Shown here: piece after piece, positions 22,964 to 28,434 of the stretch
Numbering within the stretch: the stretch's first letter is position 1
How the letters are laid out: every line of letters begins with the position of its first letter
From: Bugula neritina
Lineage: Eukaryota; Animalia; Bryozoa
Direction of reading: 5' to 3'
NCBI GenBank assembly: GCA_964035545.1
Contig: CAXIUT010000123.1
Location: 28,561 to 56,994 of the forward strand
Length of the DNA stretch: 28,434 nt
Position numbers and translations under genes: made by a program
Notes under the pieces: model-generated
Told to the model about the DNA's origin: nothing
Database searches by the model: none
The model's input: only the letters and a program-made list of their open reading frames with translations

Positions 22964-25900
22964 TCAAGTTCTGCGAATCCAGAGTAAATAACCAAAGAGC
23001 TAGTTGGCATATCTACTTTTTTATAAAACAAAAGATAGGCATCATCAATAAATTCTTGATCTTGTTTAACTATATCAGAAAAGTCATCATCAAAATTAAC
23101 CCAAATTTTTTTGTTTTAATAAGGATGTTTCCTTTTGGTCATACAAGTATAGTGACCGGATTGACTATTTCCATTATGTCTTACAAAAGCGTATAACTAG
23201 TATAACTTTCCCTGGACTATTGCTGAAAATTGAGAAGAATCTAGAAAATCCAACCATTTCAACCTCAAATCCAACTTGATCAGATGTCCTTATGATGTGT
23301 ATCTGAATTATTTCATATGGAAAACTAAAATATTAGGCATTGCTCCAATCAACTGTTCAAGAGTCTGATATCTCTACTTACATTTATCACACTCCATCTC
23401 TACCCTTTCCTTTTGGTTATGCAAACCAATACACTCTTCCAAGTTTATGAATTCCTCCAGTCGACGCTCCTCAACTCGTTCGAAAGGTGATCTAATTCGA
23501 TATAAGAACAAAAAGTTGAATTACAAACTGAAAAATTAATCCAATCCACATAGATTCCAAAAGTTTTTGATTTTAGCTGACCATCCTAATGGCGCCTCTT
23601 TATCAAAAGATCCACAACACTCTCTCAATCATCCTCACTCATATTGAAAAAAGGAGCTTCTTTCAAACAAAATATACATCGAGCCCTACTAGGATCCAAC
23701 AAACGAATCAAGTAGTCTCCTTTCTACTGATCTGAACTCACCTTAGCATCTTTCCCCTTCACATTGCTTATATACTGTTCCACCAACTTTATTATATCAT
23801 TATATGATGCCCATCGAGGAATGCCAACCAAAAACTCTAATCCAAAATGCTATAGCTTTTTAAGAGATGAGTTATATTTCCTCAGATGTAACTTCTTAAG
23901 ATTTGGATCACTCGTATGAGTACCTATCTTTGCAATATTTTACTAAAATTGCTTTTTTTATATTTTAGTCTTCTCTATCTCATTCTACTGGTTCAAGTAT
24001 TCGATTTGAATTTGTCTTTTTTATCAACTTCCTTATTGGGTACTCGACAAACTGTCCAGTAAGCCTAACTACTTTAGAATATCTCTACTTAGGTTACCAA
24101 CTGAAAATCCATAAAACGCTCTCGACAATCCCTCGTACTTGATTTCATTTCCTCTTTCTTAGTCTAACTCATCTCGTCCTTTTTGGCTTTGAGCAATTAG
24201 TAGTAAGTTCTGATAGGTATTTTTTCATAAGCAACTAAAGAAATATTGGGGACAATGCCTAAATCTCTGTATAAAAGTTAACTAACATGATTTTTTTTTG
24301 ATTGAATGAGTTATTGGAAAGTTCTTTTTTTATTTGTTTCAATGAATTGTTATTGGCTTCACAGAAGTTAAAATCTTTTTTATTTTATCCTGTTTTTTCC
24401 TAAAAAGCCTATATATAGTCATTCTAGATAATCAATGAGGTACCACTGTAGCATTTTTATGCAATTTAAATATAATCTTTTTAATCATATTGGAAGTCAC
24501 AGGCACCACAACTATGCTGTAGTAGTTGAATTCAGCTTCAGGTAAAGGTAACTCAAAATGTACATCTTCTTCTAGTCGATAGTTTTCATGTTTTTGCAAG
24601 ATAAACAAGTTAACTTAGACTGATTTTTACCTCCAAACAAATAATCAATGACTGTAGGCTTTTACTACAGCTCTTCAGCTATTTATCCAACAGTAAATTC
24701 AAAAACTACTGGGCATCATGTTGATCATAGCCGCTAAACAAAGGCATATAAATATCAATTAACTTTTTGAACTGATAAGGTGAAGCTTTTTCATTTTTCA
24801 ACAATGATTTAGCAATACAACTTAGTCCATAACCAATGGGATGTTTATTTTAATTGAAGGGAAATTCCTGAAGAAAAGTATCTAGCACAGGAGTAGCAAC
24901 CAAGCACTGCATTATAGAATTCATAAAACATGTATTCCCAATATTGATGAGTCCTCGAAGTAAACTATCATTTTTATTTTTAGTTGGTAAAACACTTTAA
25001 TTCAGTTCAGAATAAGAGACTTCTTCTCGAGATACTTCAATCTAGTAGAGATAAGAATAACCAATAAAAATGTATCTTTAGTTTCTTCTCACTCAAACCT
25101 ATTATAAAAGCTTCAGATGTTGTTTTGATATAAGGAAAGTAAGTAAATACTTTATCTCCTAGATCTAGTGTTTGTTAAGTTAGTTATTTTCTAAAATTTT
25201 ATGATATAAATTTTTATTTATTTTTTGCAAAGACAACAAAAAATCTAGGATCTAAAGAAATATCAGTTCCTATTTTGTTGATATCTATTTATCTCCAATT
25301 TTTTAATTAAAATTTTTAGTAAATATCCCTAACTACTATGAATCAATAAGTCCCTTTGTATCACATAAAGAACCAACCTTTTTAGATACTGATAGCTGTT
25401 TCAAACACTGAGATTTATAAACATATTTACCTTTTTTATCAGCTTCTAGATATAAAACAGTTTTTGGGTAAAATTATATAGTTTATTAATTGATAGCTGT
25501 TCTTTTGAGTTCTTGTTCTGGAGGGTGCAAAGAACATAATAGTTTCCATAAACTTTATGTTATAGTTCTAACTTGTTAGGAAACTTTCAAATTTTATTTC
25601 AATTATCCTCGATATTATCCCTGAATATCATCAAAATTAATAGAATTAGGTTGTTATACAAGAGAATTACCTATCTAGCTTGTTTTTTATGATCACAGAA
25701 TTACCTCTATTTGAATCATTCAAGCGATTCTTTTTTTTTTCTACGAGGATTTGCTGTTTTATCCATAGTTTTTAGCATTTTAGTTGACTTTATATGGCTA
25801 TTTTATTGAGTATGATTCACTTCCTGATAGTAAAAAGACCTACATCAATCATCAAATACCATCGATTATACCATTCATTCGAAAGAAGATAGTACTATCC

Positions 25901-26540
25901 TCCAGTAACCAAGTAATTAAAGTCGCAATCCTGGATTTATCTACTAATAGCTTGAAAAGGAATATCTTCATCTGTTGTTATCTGTAGTCTCTTCTGAAAA
26001 GACTAATAATTGAAACCAGAGCACTTGATCAAATCTATGAACTGTTATCTGGTGAAAAGAGGTTCTTTATTTTAGATGGGCTTCTCTAAAATTACTAGCT
26101 GACCGTTGCAAAATGATTTAATTCCAGTTGGTTTAAATTTTGTACATCAATATCATTTTTGAATATCTAGAAAAACACCTTGAATAGAGTAGTAGGTTAA
26201 CATTTTGTTATGATGGCATATTTCATCATAAACCTACGGAATTTTAAATTATCTTTGCGATGATCATTGAAAAACTCAAAAAGTCTCCCCAACATTTCCT
26301 ACATACCTTCAATCGTACCTCGCTCATCTAGAAACTGAAAATAACCTTTGAAATTCATACTATCCATCTACTTGGTCTACTTGTGGGAGAATGCTTGAAA
26401 CTTCTCTTTGATTTTAGTTAGAACAATGGCAGGGAACTTGTCTATGTACGAATTAACCGTTTCGGGAGGTAAGGGAAGAACTAGCTAGTATAAAAGTTAC
26501 TTCTACGCTGTTCAACTGAACCAAACGAACTACAACCCAT
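22964..26540 (-). CDS. Ubiquitin carboxyl-terminal hydrolase (peptidase C19), USP32-like architecture (frameshifted in this sequence)
   Basis: Cys box [23 protein letters not shown][TAG]FL, His box [17 protein letters not shown]...WVEFDD...[12 protein letters not shown]-like [13 protein letters not shown]-terminal MGC plus an EF-hand-like helical region. 20-nt introns at 26481-26500, 26084-26103 and 25840-25859. The stop position is approximate because of indels. Confidence 0.92.
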
Positions 26541-26613
26541 ACTTTATAATTTAACTATCACAATTCATTAGTTGTTAAATAATAAAGATCGACAAAAATG
26601 AAAATGAAAATGA

Positions 26614-28224
26614 TCATATTTTTCTATTTTTCAAAGGAAAACGTTTCAACTCATCTTTTCCACAAAAGCTCATCTTCTCACTTTCTCCTTCACAATACCT
26701 CAGACAATTCAATTTCTTCTTCATTGCAGTATCAATATCACTCTCATTGGGATCGACAGGAACGCATACTATCTAAGCAGATAAACCACTTGATACCACA
26801 AACATTTAGAATGAATTCTTTGATCGATTGTTTGAAGCAACCATTCGAATACTAATATCATATATACTTGAAGAAAGTCTATTTTGAGATAATTTTTTTG
26901 TTCTACATCCACACTATGATTCTATCTTGCTTGTTTTTCTGTTGTTTTTTCATTAAATAAAAAAGCTCCTATTACTCTTCAAGACTGATGCATTCATTTT
27001 AGGTATCTCCAAGCTTCAAAGACTTGCTTTTCTTCATATTGCCCTTTAAATGTTTAAAATGATCGGTTTCGATGGTTTAAAAGTGATTGTCCTTTCTTCT
27101 TCTTGCCCAGGAGTATTTATTTATGTTTGTGGAGTATCAAGTATCTTTCCAAAGCCAATATTTTGCTCCTGACTCTGCTTTAGCTGTTTTTCTATCATCC
27201 TTCTATTTTCAGAGACAGGATAGTTGCCAAACATTCCCTGTGATTGCTTCATTGAATTCTTCATGTCATTTATTTTAAGGGCATGTTCTAGTTAAATTTT
27301 CTATCGACCCTTTCCACTGAGTTATTTTTTGTTAATACTTTATCTTTCAGAGATAATACTGCTTCTAAAAGAAGATCTATTTTGATCAAAATTAAAAGAA
27401 GGAGTATCAGCATCAGGTTCAATAACCAGACTATCTCGAATCGATCCATATCAATGGATCTACTCTCATATTTAGATCCTCTCTCTAAAGTGATTTTAGT
27501 ATCGATAGAAGTCTTTGAAACTATCTTATTTCAGAGTCGATTTATATCTTTTCAGAACAAAACCCAAATAAGATATCCTAATTTTATAGAAAAGACAAAA
27601 AAATATCATCTTCATAAAACAAAAAGAAAGATCCTTCCATTTTTATATTCAAATCAAAATAATCAATTAGTAACTTAAAGGTCTAAGCAGTTGATAACTT
27701 AGTTAGATAGCTGTCAGCATCTTTAATTTAAAAACTAATGAGCAATTTTCTCAACATAATTGGCATTATTTCCAATAAAATAGGATATTTGTTGAGTTTA
27801 ACATCGACCTTCCTGTCAGAAGAATAAGTCAACTCGAATAAAAATATACCAATATCTTTCTCATCTCTTCATTTGATAGTTCATTTGCCTCAAGACCCTA
27901 GGTATGTTTAATATCGAAGTTGTCAAGAGAAGGACTGTACATTGTTGATTTTAAGATGTAAAGAACATCTTATTTTATCTACTTTTTAAATATGCTTGTG
28001 AGAAGAGCCCAACTAAAGCCCAAGAGATTGGCATTTGAACTATTCTTTATTGAGCTAGCTCTTTTGAAAGTGGTTTTTCTGAGTTCAGGAAGGTCTTTTG
28101 AGTTTGAATACCCAAAAAAAGAGAATTAGCAAGACCTATTAGAAAGCTGACTCAGAGATATTCCTTCGATTTATAAAAGAGATAGCTATATTTCCTTGAT
28201 TTCCTGAGTGGTCAATGAAAACAT
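26614..28224 (-). CDS. Hypothetical protein (about 530 aa; frame-disrupted)
   Basis: MFSLTTQEIKEIELSLLEIEG... from ATG28224. Long protein-like segments are joined by apparent indels and end at TGA26616-26614. No confident domain. Confidence 0.55.
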
Positions 28225-28330
28225 ACGAATACCTTATTTTTATTTATTATCATCAACTCTATCTAACTCTCACAGATAATCAATCTATCATTAATAAATA
28301 TTTCACACTTATAAATAAATGTGATTCGAT

Positions 28331-28344
28331 GAGCTAATAAGATA
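28331..28344 (-). promoter_or_regulatory. Right subtelomeric motif TATCTTATTAGCTC (counterpart of 104-117)
   Basis: Reverse complement of GAGCTAATAAGATA. It starts 10 nt inside the telomere. Confidence 0.4.
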
Positions 28345-28353
28345 ATAATTAAA

Positions 28354-28434
28354 GGGGTTGGGGTTGGGGTTGGGTTGGGGTTGGGGTTGGGGTTGGGGTT
28401 GGGGTTGGGGTTGGGGTTGGGGTTGGGGTTGGGG
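28354..28434 (+). repeat. Right telomere, (GGGGTT)n
   Basis: Tandem TTGGGG runs to the end of the sequence, inverted relative to the left telomere. One unit has only three G (28372-28374). Confidence 0.99.

Noticed and set aside
232-26540. Standard ciliate code (UAR=Gln) or split code (UAA=Lys, UAG=Glu)
   Set aside because: TAG occupies the catalytic Glu of DCEM and the E of DAQEFL. TAA occupies the E of CEICK, DYE and MORN xEG.
229-27678. The short ORFs in the supplied six-frame track
   Set aside because: They were computed with TAA/TAG as stops. Most are antisense or off-frame shadows. Only 229-411 and 10865-11086 are fragments of real frames.
28370-28376. Variant telomere unit TTGGG
   Set aside because: It is a single occurrence of a shortened homopolymer in the error-prone side of the contig, and not the Paramecium TTTGGG variant.

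Overview
This window is a complete telomere-to-telomere macronuclear chromosome (28.4 kb) of a ciliate, with (C4A2)n at the left end and (T2G4)n at the right. The supplied ORF track uses the wrong genetic code. TGA appears to be the only stop, and both TAA and TAG sit at conserved Glu positions, matching the peritrich-type code (NCBI table 30). Re-read by hand in that code, the molecule carries 13 densely packed genes: WD40, MORN-repeat, twin-CX9C, two coiled-coil proteins, a 2055-aa C2-domain protein, RINGv-FHA E3 ligase, REXO5/Rex1-like DEDDh exonuclease, MEMO1, a USP32-like deubiquitinase and three hypotheticals. Introns are almost all exactly 20 nt. Both chromosome ends carry a similar 14-nt motif (TATCTTwTwArCTC) starting 10-11 nt inside the telomere, a candidate chromosome-breakage/telomere-addition signal. 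Genes left of about 19.4 kb are frame-intact. Genes to the right carry many single-base indels, mostly in homopolymers, that look like sequencing error. All translations were done manually and no database searches were run.
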